Shown: positions 50,891-64,000 of the stretch, piece by piece
How positions within the stretch are numbered: position 1 is the first letter of the stretch
How the letters are laid out: every line of letters starts with the position of its first letter
Assembly: GCF_018350175.1 (NCBI RefSeq)
Contig: NC_058368.1
Location: forward strand, 64,978,001-65,042,000
DNA: 64,000 nt
From: Felis catus
Taxonomy: Eukaryota
Direction of reading: 5' to 3'
The notes under the pieces: model-generated
Database searches by the model: none
Told to the model about the DNA's origin: nothing
Seen by the model: only the letters and a program-made list of their open reading frames with translations
Made by a program: the position numbers and the translations under genes

Positions 50891-52366
50891 CTTGATTTTA
50901 GATACTTCTCTATTCATGGAGTTTGCATTTACAAAACATATTTTGGCATTCTTTTTTCATAGAGTCAGTTCCTAGACACAGCAAAACCATGGTTAAAAAT
51001 TAAATAATAAAGATGGTCTTTAGGCCATAAAAGTTGACCTGTCGTTTGCCTGGAAAATGCATTTGCACCCTTAATTTGCAAAGATACAGTTAATATACAT
51101 ATATCATAGTGACTGTTCCCTATCATCTCTAGAAATTGATAAAATTATCTTACACGTTAATGAAAAGAAACTACAAATGTTGATACAAATCACTGAATAA
51201 AGGCCTTTATGTGTGGAAAGCGTGATGTTTAATAAAGAAAACACAGTTCTCACACAGTTCTCGCACAGCTACCTTCAAGTAGAAGAAAAATCCGTTTTGT
51301 GCTTTCTGGCATTCCAAACAACATACAATATGCCACTTTTCCGTTTCCTTGAATGATAGCCTTTAAAACGATCACAAACTCCTTGGTTTGCATTATCCTA
51401 TACAAAGTGTCTTGATAAAAGGCAAAAGCTATGTTATATAGCATGATGGATCTCAGCCCTGCCCCTTCTCACATCCCCCATCCCAAAGATGTCTAGAGAT
51501 TGCTCTAAACAGTAGGGGTAATGGAGATCCCAGCTCTGATGGAAAACATATTGAGGCCTAATGGACTACTAGGGTACATGACATGCATGACACTGGGGAG
51601 CAATCCTGCAGCGAGCACTTGCTTCCCTGGGGAGGCATCAACACTGGTGCTGGGGATGGTCATCATGCTTCAATCCGTTCCTTCACAGGGCTGCCCCGCT
51701 TGGAAGAGCCAAGCTGCCATATGGCATATTAAAGATCTCTCCTAATAAATCTAGCTAAGCAGGCCATTCCTTCAAGCTGCTTTTTTTATATATGTGTATA
51801 ATATAGTTTATTGGTTGTTACCAACATCTGGGCCAGGGACTGAGGACAGTATGTATCCCACACTGAGGATGCTGGTTCCCTATTATCTGCATCATTGACT
51901 TTGAATGTTAGGAAGTATATTTTCGTGCTGATGCATAGCTGTCTTTATGAGATCCTGTAGAAATAAAATGTACAATGAGATGCGGTGCTGACAAAAAGGA
52001 AGAGGGGTGCTTAACCCCTTTTATTATATTTTTATGCATGATTATACAGCTAGAAAATATCTGTATATATAGGTAGAACCTGGAGCTCAAGATTAGGAGA
52101 GAAGCAGGGTCTCTAAAATGGTTCTCAAAATATTACCTACTTAGCTCAATGGCACAAACCTTATTTCTGTGGTTGTCTAATAACATGGATCACGTAGTCT
52201 ATTTTAATATGGCTTTGGAAAATAGGAATTTATTTATTTTAAATCCTTCCCCCAAAACACTTCTATTACTGCTAGAAGGAAAAGGCAGAGGAACAGGGGT
52301 TTAATATCAGACACCCTACACTGTGTAGGATAAAAACTACTAAGCCTTTCCTAAGGTGGCATTTTG

Positions 52367-52410
<44 letters not shown>
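52367..52410. repeat. (CA)n microsatellite
   Basis: Direct reading. Confidence 0.98.
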
Positions 52411-52415
<5 letters not shown>

Positions 52416-52904
52416 AGTGGGGAATAGACAAAGTTATTGCCATAACTGAGAAGAAAAGCTTTCATCTGACACACAAGATTTTCCATGATGTTTCTACAAC
52501 TATGGAGACAGAAAATTGCCAAGGAAAGAACGACATGGATTGCTGATTATATTTGTGGGTTTCAGCCTGCTCTATTGTTGCCCTGGGGCAAAAGCTTTGA
52601 GAAGTAATACAGATATTCACTTTGTGCCTATTATTGCATTTGTAAGTTAAGTATTTCCTTCTTTTAAGCACCACGATCTTTTTTCTACACACTATAGCCT
52701 TGATATTAAATGAAATCGGAAGGACTACAATTGATAGATGCCTGTTGAATATATTTTTCTCTTGGTACTCATCTCCTGTTTTATCCTATTTAATGTCATA
52801 AGCCAGTACTTACTGGCTATACATACAGCTACTTCTTATTTCTGGACTCCGAATCATACATCTGGCTTCAAACATATCATAACAATAACAACTGGTTGTA
52901 TTTC

Positions 52905-52949
<45 letters not shown>

Positions 52950-53075
52950 CACATTCATTTATATATAAATATCACACATCTATTGACATGTGTATCATAT
53001 ATGTATACCACATATATATTTACATATATACCACATATTTATATATTTACATATATATGTGTATATGTATATATT
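52905..53075. repeat. (TA)n microsatellite and TA-rich low-complexity tract
   Basis: Direct reading. Confidence 0.95.
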
Positions 53076-53489
53076 CATCCCTTATATCAGATTTCAAAGC
53101 TTTTCAGAAACCACAAATCTTTGAACGATAGCCTTGAAGATGTATAGCTATATCTTCAGAGCAATCAAGATATATTCTTAATATATGAGAAAATAAAGCC
53201 TGTCTCAGAATGAAGAACATTGGGAAAAATCCTGAATCAAGAGTTTTCGGAAGATAGTTGTCTAATTCTATGAAAGTAGCAGAGGAAGAGTTGAAATAGA
53301 AGAGAAGGAAGAAAGAGTTGAATAGAGGAAATATAAAAATTTGGGGGAGATGGAAATGAATTCTGGATATGAACTTATTTCAAAGCATATGTCACTAATC
53401 ATCTTCATTGCCAAAAGTCAATAAAATCATGTGAACTAACTGACCATGTCATTGCTGAGGTATCTACCATATAGAAGGTTAAATCGCTT

Positions 53490-53513
53490 TAACCACCAGG
53501 TGGCAATGACTCA
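53490..53513 (+). promoter_or_regulatory. Candidate CTCF site next to an AP-1 site
   Basis: CCACCAGGTGGCA at 53493-53505 and TGACTCA at 53507-53513; motif match only. Confidence 0.5.
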
Positions 53514-53984
53514 CCACCTTCTAGGATGTATAGTTTTTTACAAGGCCACATTCTGCATTACAATCTAAGAAGACCCTATGCCCACCAGCGATATCTCCAT
53601 CACTAAATTGTCATCACAGACTGAGTGCTTCTCTTTTCAGCAATAACTACCATGGCTATGTACTAGATAACAATGATGAAAACCACAGTTTATTTGTGGG
53701 TCAGTGTAGAAATGCCAAAGTAGGACTTAATGGCAGTATTCAAGAAGAAGAAATGTGCCTGACCTCCTTTCTCTTCACCGTGAGTATTCCAGGAAGGCAA
53801 TTACTGGAAATTTTCATGTCTGTAGCTCTCTCCATCACCTACTGCCCGATACCACTCAAATCCAGAATTACCAATCTCAGCTTAGCTTTAGGAATCATTG
53901 AGGCCAAAGAACCTTCAGAAAAGGTAGAAAGAAAGATTTCAAAAAGATAAAAAACAAAAACAAACAAAAAACCCGATTCCACCG

Positions 53985-54200
53985 AAACAGTGTAGGGTAA
54001 AAGTCAAGTATATGACTTCTGGAATCAGATTTGGCTGAGGATGGAATCTGTCTCCACCATTTCTAAGCAGTGTGACCATCATGGAAGAAGTGAAATCTCC
54101 ATACCTCAGTTTCCTTACCTGTAAAATGGAATTGTTGTGAGGAATAAATAATCTATTATATGTAAATCATTTCAAGTTGCAGTATATTTATATGCTTATA
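53985..54200 (+). mobile_element. MIR
   Basis: Core CCTCAGTTTCCTTACCTGTAAAATGG. Confidence 0.85.
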
Positions 54201-54344
54201 AAGACAAACACACAAATAAAAGTCTTAGCACATTATCTGCTTTCTAGTTGCCTCTAATTCCCTAGAAGTCTTATTGTGTTAACTGAAATAAACAAGAGAA
54301 CTGGTTTAAAAAAAAAGACCAACACCTTTAAAAAATATGCTTAT

Positions 54345-54592
54345 GGGGTGCCTGGGTGGCTCAGTTGGTTAAGCGTCCAACTTCGGCTCAGGTCATGATC
54401 TCACAGTTTGTGAGTTTGAGCCCCGTGTCGGGCTCTGTGCTGACCGCTCAGAGCCTGGAACCTGCTTCAGATTCTGAGTCTCCCTCTCTCTCTCTGCCCC
54501 TTCCCCACTTGTACTCTATGTCTCTTTCTCTCAAAAATAAACAAACATTAAAATTTAAAAAAATTTTTAATAAAAAAAATAAAAAAATAAAA
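54345..54592 (+). mobile_element. Felid Can-SINE
   Basis: TSD AAAAATATGCYTAT; long A-rich tail. Confidence 0.96.
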
Positions 54593-57082
54593 AATATGCC
54601 TATACTAGATCATTATGGTAATCATTATGGAATTATACACTGAAACTCAAAAATGCTTCACCAAGCATGTGAAACCCCACTAAAAATAGAAAGTTAAGGG
54701 GTGTCACTAACTCAGTCATAATTTCAAAACTGACTGAAACAAAGATAGCCCTACAGTTGTCCAGGATTTTCTATTGCAGGCAGTTGTTTAAATGAAGTTT
54801 TAAACAAAATTGCTGAAAAATGCAACCTTGGAGCATGACTGACAATAAACAACTTCCCACCAATATGATTGTTTATGCTCCTCAGTAGAGTTTACTTGGC
54901 CACTTTATTTCTTATTATGAAACACGGTAGTACAGCCACCATCCTGTAGAGATATATGGTAAGCATTTTATGAGACAGGCAAAGCTTTTAGAATTCCTTT
55001 TGAGCTTTGTTAAAGTGAACATGCGAAAATAAAGTTGTCCCGTGTGAAGGAGGGAAAGCACTTTTTAGTCTGGCTGGCAAAATGAAATCATGCGGGGTAG
55101 CTGACGCCGGAGGCCCTGATTGAGTCAGTGCCAAGCCCATCAACATTACTCATTCTGATGGATTAGGGAAAACATTCGGTTTATTTTCATGTGAGAGATA
55201 CAGCTACATCTGGTGAGCTCTCATATCCCACTTCAATTCATAAGGGGTTTATTATTATTTTGCAGAATGAAGATGACTGTACCACAAATAAAGGAGCAAT
55301 GAATAACTCAATAATTTTTTTTTATCTTGCATGAGCAAAAGGGAATAAAATAACATGAAGAAAATGAAAGCTATCATGCCCTAATCTTGCAAGTTTTGTG
55401 TAAGGATGCTACATTATTGTTGATTTGACACGATACTGCTGTTATCAGGTTAATGATATACAATTCTGTCAAGCTGTTCACACCATTTTGGAGAAGCCTG
55501 TATGTATGTTTGCCATCTTTGGACTTCTATAGATAAAAGCTGTTTTATCATAAAAGGGAATCTTTTGAGAGCTGAATTCATATTAATGACTTATCTTTAG
55601 CTGTGCTCAGTCTCTCTCTGAACTAAAAACAAGTGATAGTTTGTCCCAAAAACAAAAGAGAGGGACTCCTCTGCCTCCACCTTCCCAAAATTTCAAGCAT
55701 GCCTGCCATCTGAGGGATACAGCTTATGTCAAATGCTGAGTTACAAGAGACTTTGGGGAACAGTGTAGTTCTAGAAACGACCTAATTGGAATGTTTTGTA
55801 GCTGATAATGATTTCATATTTCTTCATTGAAATGGTAATTCCCCACAACTTTACAGGGTTCATAATTAACACAAGCAACAACACCTGAGTTATATTTGGA
55901 AAAAGAGCATACATTTCACCAAGCCAGTGTCTCTTTGGCATACCATAAAATTACAGGAAAAGTTGCTGCTACAGCATTCCTCGACAGCTTGTCACATGGA
56001 AGCACATTTCATTAAGAGACTGAACAAAATCTCCAAAATGCACCATTCCTTAAGGAATGCAACATTCCTTAAAATGCTTCATGTTGAGCATCTATGGTTG
56101 AACTTTAAGAGGTTGAAGCTCTAGAATGGTCTCTCTCGCCAAATCAAATTTAAAATAAAGGTTTCTGATAATGTAAGGTGTTGGGAACTAGATGGCAATG
56201 ATTTGGGGAATGCCATTTCTTCTTCTGAGCTTTCAAAAAATTTTTTTTTCGTTACTGTTGTATTCAGGGAAACGCCTCATCCACAAGAAACCTTTATATG
56301 AATTACCATAATACCCCATCTAGGCAGCAGCCGCTCTGTGGACACATGGTTTGAAAGCAGTCAGTGATTCATACTAATTTAAGAATTCGCCCACTTTTCC
56401 AGGATGATGCAACCCCATAGGGCACCATGGCTTGAAGAGTAGAGCAAGGGTTGTATTTTGTCACCTGGATTGTTTGCCTTTTTTAAGGAATAATTTTGCA
56501 GAAGGCTCCACATGTCTCTCCAACTGTATGGCTGTGCTCTCATCTTTGTATTCCTTCATCTACTAAATGAAGACTACTGAAATGGCAGAAATAAATGAGA
56601 TTTTAGAAGAGATGGAACATGGATTATAAATTTCCCTGTGTTAATTTCTTTAGAGAAAAACTTTATAAAGAGTAAAATGATGCCACTGTTAGATCAGTCA
56701 CACTGGATGCGTGAAGCCAGAAAATCAGTTAATTCCATTAACGGTTCTATTTTTTCATTCAACTTATAGAATCAAAGTAAAGATCTTGAAAGCTTATGTT
56801 GTCAAAGATGAAACATCTAACATTGTAAATGTTGTGATAAATGGGTTTAAATGTTAAATATTAAGAAAAATTACTTGTTCTGTAGTGACAACATGAACAC
56901 AAATTTTGATAGAGGTCAATGTTGAGTATCATGATATAAACAATGTTCTTGCTCAATTAAGAAAACCTGCACATCATAAATGTTCTTGGAATGAGTTGCA
57001 GTGGTCATACATTTCATTAATGTATCCAAAACCCTATGCTACCCTTCAAACTGAAATAGAAGTGCAACTGTCAAAATGTGGA

Positions 57083-57083
<1 letters not shown>

Positions 57084-57123
<40 letters not shown>
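57084..57123. repeat. (AC)n microsatellite
   Basis: Direct reading. Confidence 0.98.
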
Positions 57124-57125
<2 letters not shown>

Positions 57126-57299
57126 TGCACACCAAGAGAAAACCGTCTAAAATTTGTGATGGAGTTGGTATTGAATTTTAGAAATATTTCTGCATGGTAA
57201 CAGATATTTCTTCTTGCTGCCTGTAACAGTTTTAGAAAGTTGAAACCTTTGAAGTATTATTTTGTAAAACACCCTAGTGCCCTATAATTGTGTTGCATT

Positions 57300-57325
57300 T
57301 GTGTGTGTGTGTGTGTGTGTGTGTG
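57300..57325. repeat. (TG)n microsatellite
   Basis: Direct reading. Confidence 0.97.
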
Positions 57326-58029
57326 AATGAGTCCTTTAAATTTTGGTTACATTTTGTCCAAAATCAGTTGGAAATTTTAAATCAAATTATTCAACAAATT
57401 AATTCTCCCCTGAAGTTCTATATTTTTAGTATTTCAACTTGTAGGAATAATCTTTTGATGAAAATCCTATTCAAAATTACATAAATGTATATTGATTACC
57501 TGAATTGAGTACAATAAAGAAGTCCTCTAGTTTTATAGCATCTAAATTTGGTAAATGTTAAAAATAAGCATAATTAGAGACTTGGACAAATTTTATCTTG
57601 AAAATATTTCTCAAATGAAGGTACACTGAAGACTAAAATACTTATATATATACCAATACAAAAGTAACACATTATAAACTTCATTTAATAGAATTTTCTC
57701 TGAGTTTACTAGGTATACTTTAGCAGCTATAGAGGAAGTAGTTCCTTAATTAAAAATTATGTTTAAATAAAAAAGGAAATCAAAAATACCAACAATTTCA
57801 AATGTTATTAACCATAAAATACAACTTTAGAGAAGATTTCAGGCAATTCTTAGATTGAAAATTACTTTATTAAATAAATGTGTTCTTCAGAAAAATAACA
57901 CTGACTTGGTATTAGAGATATGGAAACTGAGTACTATTTGAACATATACCAAGAATAATTATTTTATGGTTTTTTCCATAGGATCATTATAAAGGAGTAT
58001 TTTATATGGCTATATATGTTTTTGGAAAT

Positions 58030-59195
58030 TTGTTTTAATTTTTGTTGATTTTTTTTCTTTTAAAGTTCACCCATTTCTCCTACCACCTACATCATACAAC
58101 CACCACTCTGTTCTCTGTATCTATGAACTTAGGCTTTGAGGGGATTTTATTCTTTGTTGGTTTTTAAATTCCACATGTAAGGGAGATCATATGGTATTTG
58201 TCTTTCTCTGACTTATCTCATTTAGCCCTTGAGGTCCATCTATGTTGTTGTGAGTGAAACAAAACTTCATTCTTTTTCACGGTATAATAATAATCCACTC
58301 TATAGAAATATATCTAGATATATCCATTCATCCATCGATGGACACTTAGATTGTTTCTATATCTTGGCTATTGTAAATAATGCTGCAATGAACATGAGTG
58401 CACATATATCTTTTTGAATTAGTGCTTTTGTTTTCTTCAGATACTCAGAAGTGGGATAGCTGGATCATATGGTAGTTCTATTTTTACAGTTTTTTTTAGA
58501 AACCTCCATACCGTTTTCCATACTGGTGGCACCAATTTACATTCCTACCAAGAGTACACAAGGGTTCCCTTTTCCACTTCTTTGCTAACACTTGTTATTT
58601 CTTGTCTTTTTGATAATAGTCATTCTAACAGGTGTGAAGTGATATCTCATTATGGTTTTGATTTGCATTTCCTTGATGATTAATGATGTAGAGCATCTTT
58701 TCATGTACTTGTTTGGAAAAATGTCTATGCAGATCTTCTGCCCATTTTTTAATCAGTTTTGGCTTTTTTTTTTTTTTTTTTTGCTATTGAGCCAAATGAA
58801 TTGTTTATATATTTTGGAATTTAGCACCTTATCATATATAAGATTTTCAGTTATTTACTTCATTCAGTCAGTTGTCTTTTCATTTTATTGATGGTTTCCT
58901 TTGCTCTGCAGAAGCTTTTTAGTTTGATGCTATTTCACTGGTTTATTTTAGCTTTTGTTGTTTTTGTTTTTGGTGTCAGATTCAAAAAATCACTGCCAAG
59001 TGATTTCTTGCCACCTAGGTTTTCCTTTAGGAAAAATTTTATGGCTTCAGGTCTTACATTGAACTCTTTAATCCATTTGAGTTAATTTTTGTGTTTAGTA
59101 AAATACAGTAGTCCAGTTTCATTCTTTTGCATGTGGCTGTCCAGTTTTCCAAGCACCATTTATTGAAGAAATGGTCCTGTCCCCATTGTATACTC
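58030..59195 (-). mobile_element. L1 3' portion (L1MA9/carnivore-type), 5'-truncated
   Basis: TTCCACATGTAAGGGAGATCATATGGTATTTGTCTTTCTCTG; ATTGTAAATAATGCTGCAATGAACAT; GCACCATTTATTGAAGA. Confidence 0.93.
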
Positions 59196-59221
59196 CCCAT
59201 GTATATAAAAATGTTTTCTGA

Positions 59222-59405
59222 GGGGAAACTTTCTGGCTCAGTTGGTTGAGCATCTAACTTCAGCTCAGGACATTATCTAACAGTTAATGAGTTCGAGCCC
59301 CACGTTGGGCTTGCTGCCATCAGTGCCGAGCCCACTTCAGATCCTTTGTCCCCCTCACTCTCTCCCTTCCCCCACTGAGCTCTCCCAAAGATAAACATTT
59401 TAAAA
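59222..59405 (+). mobile_element. Can-SINE with a degenerate head
   Basis: TGGCTCAGTTGGTTGAGCATCTAACTTCAGCTCAGG...GAGTTCGAGCCCCAC; AAAAATGTTTT on both flanks. Confidence 0.88.
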
Positions 59406-60654
59406 AATGTTTTTTTCAATTGAACTACTTTATAGGGCCACCAATATAGTAAAACCTATTTATATGTTAATATAGAAGTATTTCAAAAATTGTAACATTT
59501 TTAGCACTCCCTTTCACTCTAGGAAAGATGTCTTAGGGTGCATTTCTTTGTTTAGGGTGCATGCTCTTTCTCTCCAAATCCATCCTCATTAATTGCCCAA
59601 AATACATTATCCCAATGGTCTATAGCAGAGACTGAATCACAGACACATTTCCCGGGATTGTAGGAATTTATGGAGCCAGTGAAGGAGGGTGAAGGTGGGA
59701 CAGGGACACACAAGTTAATTGCTAATTGCTCTAATTGGTTGCCATCTGTCAGCTGTTACCATTTTTGAGCTACCAATATTGATGTTATGTTATTTCAGAT
59801 TGATATTTAATGAATCCATGAAGTGTTTCCATATGTGCTTTTGTCCCTAAAGAGTGATGATGATGTTGGCTCCATATACCTCATTTATAACTAAGACTTT
59901 TCAGTGTACTGAAATAGAATTTCTTTAACAGTTTGGAAGCATTGATTGTTTTATGAAACAAAATGGTTCAACAGATAGGACTTCGGTAGCTATGGATTGT
60001 AAGAAGTCATATGAAGTTATTATTACTTCACAAGAAAGTTCAGACTAAAATGAAAGTCTAATTTGGCATCAATACCGGTCGTTTTAGGGGAAGTTCTACT
60101 GGTCTCAACACTTCAAATGTTAGCTTCCATAAAAAGACAAATCACACAATATAAGACAGATTATAATAGAGAAAGATGTTGTTCATTGAGAAGTTAGTCA
60201 CAAAAACTGAATATTTTTCTCCAAAGGACTTATTTTTCAGAACAAATATATATCTACTTGTGTGGAAATAGCTACAAATTACTTGGTAGAAAAAGAGATC
60301 CTATTGATATTTCAAGAAGGAAATTTTTACATGTAGGCTAATAAACATATAAAGGTACCAACAAAAAAAATAACATTAACATTCAAAATAAATTCTAATC
60401 TGTATTATTTAATTTAAAAAGGAAAATTTTTAAAAGGCAGTTTTAAAACTTTTAAAAGGCATTTAAAAATTGTTAAGTATTTTTAAAAGACAATGCTTAA
60501 ATTCTCATTACCAAGAATTTCTGTTGTTAAATTCCCATAAAGAGAAATCATTTATGTAATTCCATCAAAAAAAACATAAAAAGTAACAAAAACTGGAAAC
60601 AAATAAATATACCAGGTTATTATCTTTCTTAAAATGTTTGTAAGAAATCAATAG

Positions 60655-63600
60655 CATACATTGGCTTCTGGCCAGACATGTGAAAAAGATCTTGGAAGTC
60701 CACACTGCTATCTCACAAAAAGAAGAAGAAAAAAGAAAAAAGAAAAACTGAACAAACTGAAAATTAACAAGTCTCTTTAGATCTCTCAGAAAACTGAGGT
60801 CATAGAACAAATCGCTGCTCCTGAACTAGAGATAGATAGAATCTATAGAACAGAAGCAGATTATTAGACAGAATCATAGAACAGAAGCATTACTGGAGCC
60901 AGCAACTGACAGGCACTCGTAAAATATAACTGGCTAATTGCCAGAGATGGAGCATGGACTCGCTTGAGAGAGAAAAATTTGTTGGGGATTTAGCCTTGGA
61001 AGGACACCCCCATTTCCATGACTTAACTCCTAGAGCCCTACCAGAATCTCAGGTAAAGATTACAGAGAAATCCTCTCAAGCTTCTGAGAAGAGGGGGAAG
61101 GTAACCATTGAAATACACCCAGAGTTTTCTGTTCTCCTTAAAAAAAGGCCTACCCTCTAGAGAAATTATTTTACCAAAACCAAACTCACTTGGGTTTTTA
61201 CTGGACCTGACAGACCACAGGAAGGAAAACACTCACACTTTAGCCACCTCTCACCTTTGAGGTGGGAGAAAGGAAATACTCAACTCCAGCCCCTATAGTC
61301 TTCCTCCCTTCTTCATCTGACTGAGGTGATGGAAATGAAAGGGAGAAGCCCTTGTGGAAGTTCACTAAAAGAATGGGATCTAATCAAAGGAGCATAAAAC
61401 ACTTCCCCTCTCCCCACAACTTACTAGCTTATCAATAGAGCTCTTGTTTCACAAGGGATTGTGACTGTAAGAACAGTAAACTTCAAACTACATTTGAGCA
61501 AGAGTGTCTAGGAGAAGTCAAAGACATCAGGGGAGACGAAAACAAGGACACTAGAAGAAATTTTTATCATTTGACACCACAGCTATAGCAAAGAGTAAAA
61601 CACACCCTAAGTCCTAGCCAGATAACCTAAAGCCTCACATCAAAAGACTATACCTAACTTCCTTTTACCCAATACATCATGTCCAGCTCTCAACAACAAC
61701 AACAAAATTACAAGGCACGCTACAAGGCCAAAATGCAGGCAGAAGAGAAAAATCAAGCCTCAGAACCAGACTCAGGTATGGCAGAAAGTTTGGAATTATT
61801 AGATCAAAAAATCTAAATTATTACACTAAAGCCTTTAATTGTAAAAGTGGACAACATGTAATAACAGATAATGTAAGCAGAAAGATGGCAACACTGAAAA
61901 AAAATATATGAAAGGAAATGCTAGAGATCAAAAGTATTGTAAGATGTAAAGTATGCCATCTGATGGGCTCCTCAGTATACTAAACATAAAGGAAGAAAAG
62001 ACTCAATGAGCTTGAAGTTAGGGCAGTAAAAATTCCAAAACTGAAAAGTAAAAAGAAAAGAAGAATGAACAGAATACTACAGAAAATCAAAGAAGAAAAT
62101 CTTGAAAGAAGCCAGAGGACAAAAGCACACCTTACTCATTTACTGAGTGAGGGACAAGGATGAGAATCACACGAGATTTCTCTTCAGAAATCATGCAAAC
62201 AAGAAGGAAATGAAATGTGACATTTAGAGTGTTGAAAGAAGAAAAGAGGGGTGGGGAAAAAAAGTGTTGAAAGAAAAAAAGCAACTAACCTAGAAATCTG
62301 AATCCAGCAAAATTATTCTTCAAAAGTAAAAGGCAAATAAAGACTTTCTCAAACAACCAAAAATCGAGAGGATTTTTGTCAGCAGATCTGCCAGATATGG
62401 AATGTTAAGAAGTTCTTAAGAGAGAAGAAAAAGGGTGTTCAGAAGCTAGAATCTACATAAAGAGAAAAATATTAGAGATGGAATAAATGAAAGTAAAATA
62501 CTTTTCCCTTTTTCTTAATTGATCTAACAACTAAAATTTTGCTCAAAATATTAATGGCAACAATGTTGGGTGAGCAAAGCTTATGGATAAGTAAAATGGC
62601 AGCATTACAACAAACAAGGGAAAGGAACTGGGAACTCCCTGAATTACCCACAGTACCTGTGAAGTGCTATAGTGTTATTTATAAGCAAACTAACTTAGGT
62701 TAGTTGTATGTGTAGATTGCAAAGCCTAAGGGAATCATGAAAACTTAAAAGAAAAAAAGCATAATTGATACATTAAGAGAGTATAGAAAATGGACACATT
62801 CAAAATTCTGTTAAAACAAGGCACAAAAAGAAATCAGACAACAAAATAAAGAACCATAAATATGAAATAGTTACAGATACAGAGGATAGTAGTCCAACTA
62901 TATCAATAATCTCTTTAAATATTAATGGTCTAACTATGCCAATTAAAAAGACAGACACTGTCAGAGTGGATTTAGTAGAGAAATTGAATCAATAATCATT
63001 GTTTCTTCCAAAACAGAAAACACTGGTCCCAGATGATTTCACTGTTTTTTCTACCAAATACTTAAAAAAGACCTACCAATATCTGCAATCCTCCACAAAA
63101 CAGAAGCAGAGGGAATACTTCCTAACCTATCCTATGAAGCCAACATAATATCAAAATCATACAAAAACATTATCAGGAAAGGAAAACTACAAATATCGTT
63201 CATGATCATAGAGGCAAACCTTAACAAACTATCAGCAAAGCCAAATTCAATATTGTATGAAAAGAATTATGTACTGTGATCAAGTGGCATTAATTCTCAG
63301 TATACAGGACTGGTTTAACAATCAACGATCAACTAATGTAATCCATTACATCAACAAGCTAATGAAGCAATATATGATCATATTTAGATGCAGAAGAAGC
63401 ATTTGACAAAAGTCAACACTCATTCAAGATAAAACTGCTCCACAAAGTAGGAATAAAAGGGACCTTTTCAACCTGACAAGGAACATCAATTAAAAAATCT
63501 ACAGACAACAGTGGTGAGAAATTAGATGCTCTTCCCTACAAACAGAAACAAGACAAAAACAATCTCACCACCCCTATTCAATATTGTACTGGAAGTTCTC

Positions 63601-63952
63601 ACTAATGTAAGACAACAAAAGAAAATAAAAGGTGTACAGATTGGGAAGGGAAAGATAAAACTGTCTTTGTTTGCAAATTACTTGATTTACTTGATATAGA
63701 AAACCACAAAGAATCAACAAAAACTGTCAATAATAAGTAGTAATGGCAAGTTTTCAAGATACAAAGTTAATGTACAAAAATCAGTTGCTTTACAATTTAC
63801 CAGCAATAAATAATTAGAAATTTAAATTTAAAAACCCAACACGATTTATATTATGCCAAAAAGGATAAAATACTTAGGTACAAATCTAACAAAATATATA
63901 CAGATGCTATAGGAGGGAAACTACAAAACTCTGATAAAAGAAAGAAAATCTA
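60655..63952 (+). mobile_element. Old L1 (L1MC/MD-like): 5' UTR, ORF1 and ORF2 remnants with many deletions
   Basis: ORF1-like AAAATCTTGAAAGAAGCCAGAG and ACCTAGAAATCTGAATCCAGCAAAATTATTCTTCAAAA. RT-like AGATGCAGAAGAAGCATTTGACAAAA and AAAACTGTCTTTGTTTGCAAAT. Confidence 0.9.
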
Positions 63953-64000
63953 GGGGCGCCTGGGTGGCTCAGTCGGTTGAGCATCTGGCTTCGGCTCAGG
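63953..64000 (+). mobile_element. Can-SINE head, cut by the window edge
   Basis: GGGGCGCCTGGGTGGCTCAGTCGGTTGAGC. Confidence 0.93.

Noticed and set aside
9629..54643. Recurrent ORFs of the type MAQ..SAQVMIS..SVLTAQSLEPASDSVSPSLS
   Set aside because: These are translations of Can-SINE copies, not a gene family.
1..64000. Non-retroviral endogenous viral element, NUMT or processed pseudogene
   Set aside because: No ORF or segment resembled viral, mitochondrial or mRNA-derived sequence by eye. A TBLASTX of the repeat-masked window would be needed to exclude highly decayed copies.

Overview
This is AT-rich mammalian genomic DNA from a carnivore, most likely a cat-family species, judged from its many tRNA-derived Can-SINE/SINEC_Fc copies. 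The only host coding sequence I can support is the terminal exon of glypican-5 (GPC5) on the + strand: acceptor AG at 24642-24643, coding 24644-24798. It is too short to appear in the ORF track. It encodes (W)MPEEMNLSDVKQIHQTGGSSTLDTAGSGCSAATDSMAFMLMGAVMLLPWL*, the GPI-anchor signal end of the protein. Bases 1-24643 are therefore the end of the last GPC5 intron, ~24.8-25.6 kb is 3' UTR, and the rest is downstream intergenic DNA (towards GPC6 if mammalian synteny holds). The window is dense in transposable elements: a two-LTR ERV-L/MLT2 provirus with a 5-bp TSD, L1s of several ages, about 15 Can-SINEs, MaLR and ERV1 solo LTRs, MIRs, MER5/MER33 and microsatellites. The listed ORFs are repeat-derived or chance ORFs. 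I did not find a convincing previously undescribed biological system. The best leads are apparent lineage-specific changes at the GPC5 stop codon and poly(A) signals, templated-insertion repair scars, an inverted L1, a composite L1 and a few candidate regulatory motif clusters. Repeat subfamily names and human comparisons come from memory, not from a search, and many repeat boundaries are approximate.
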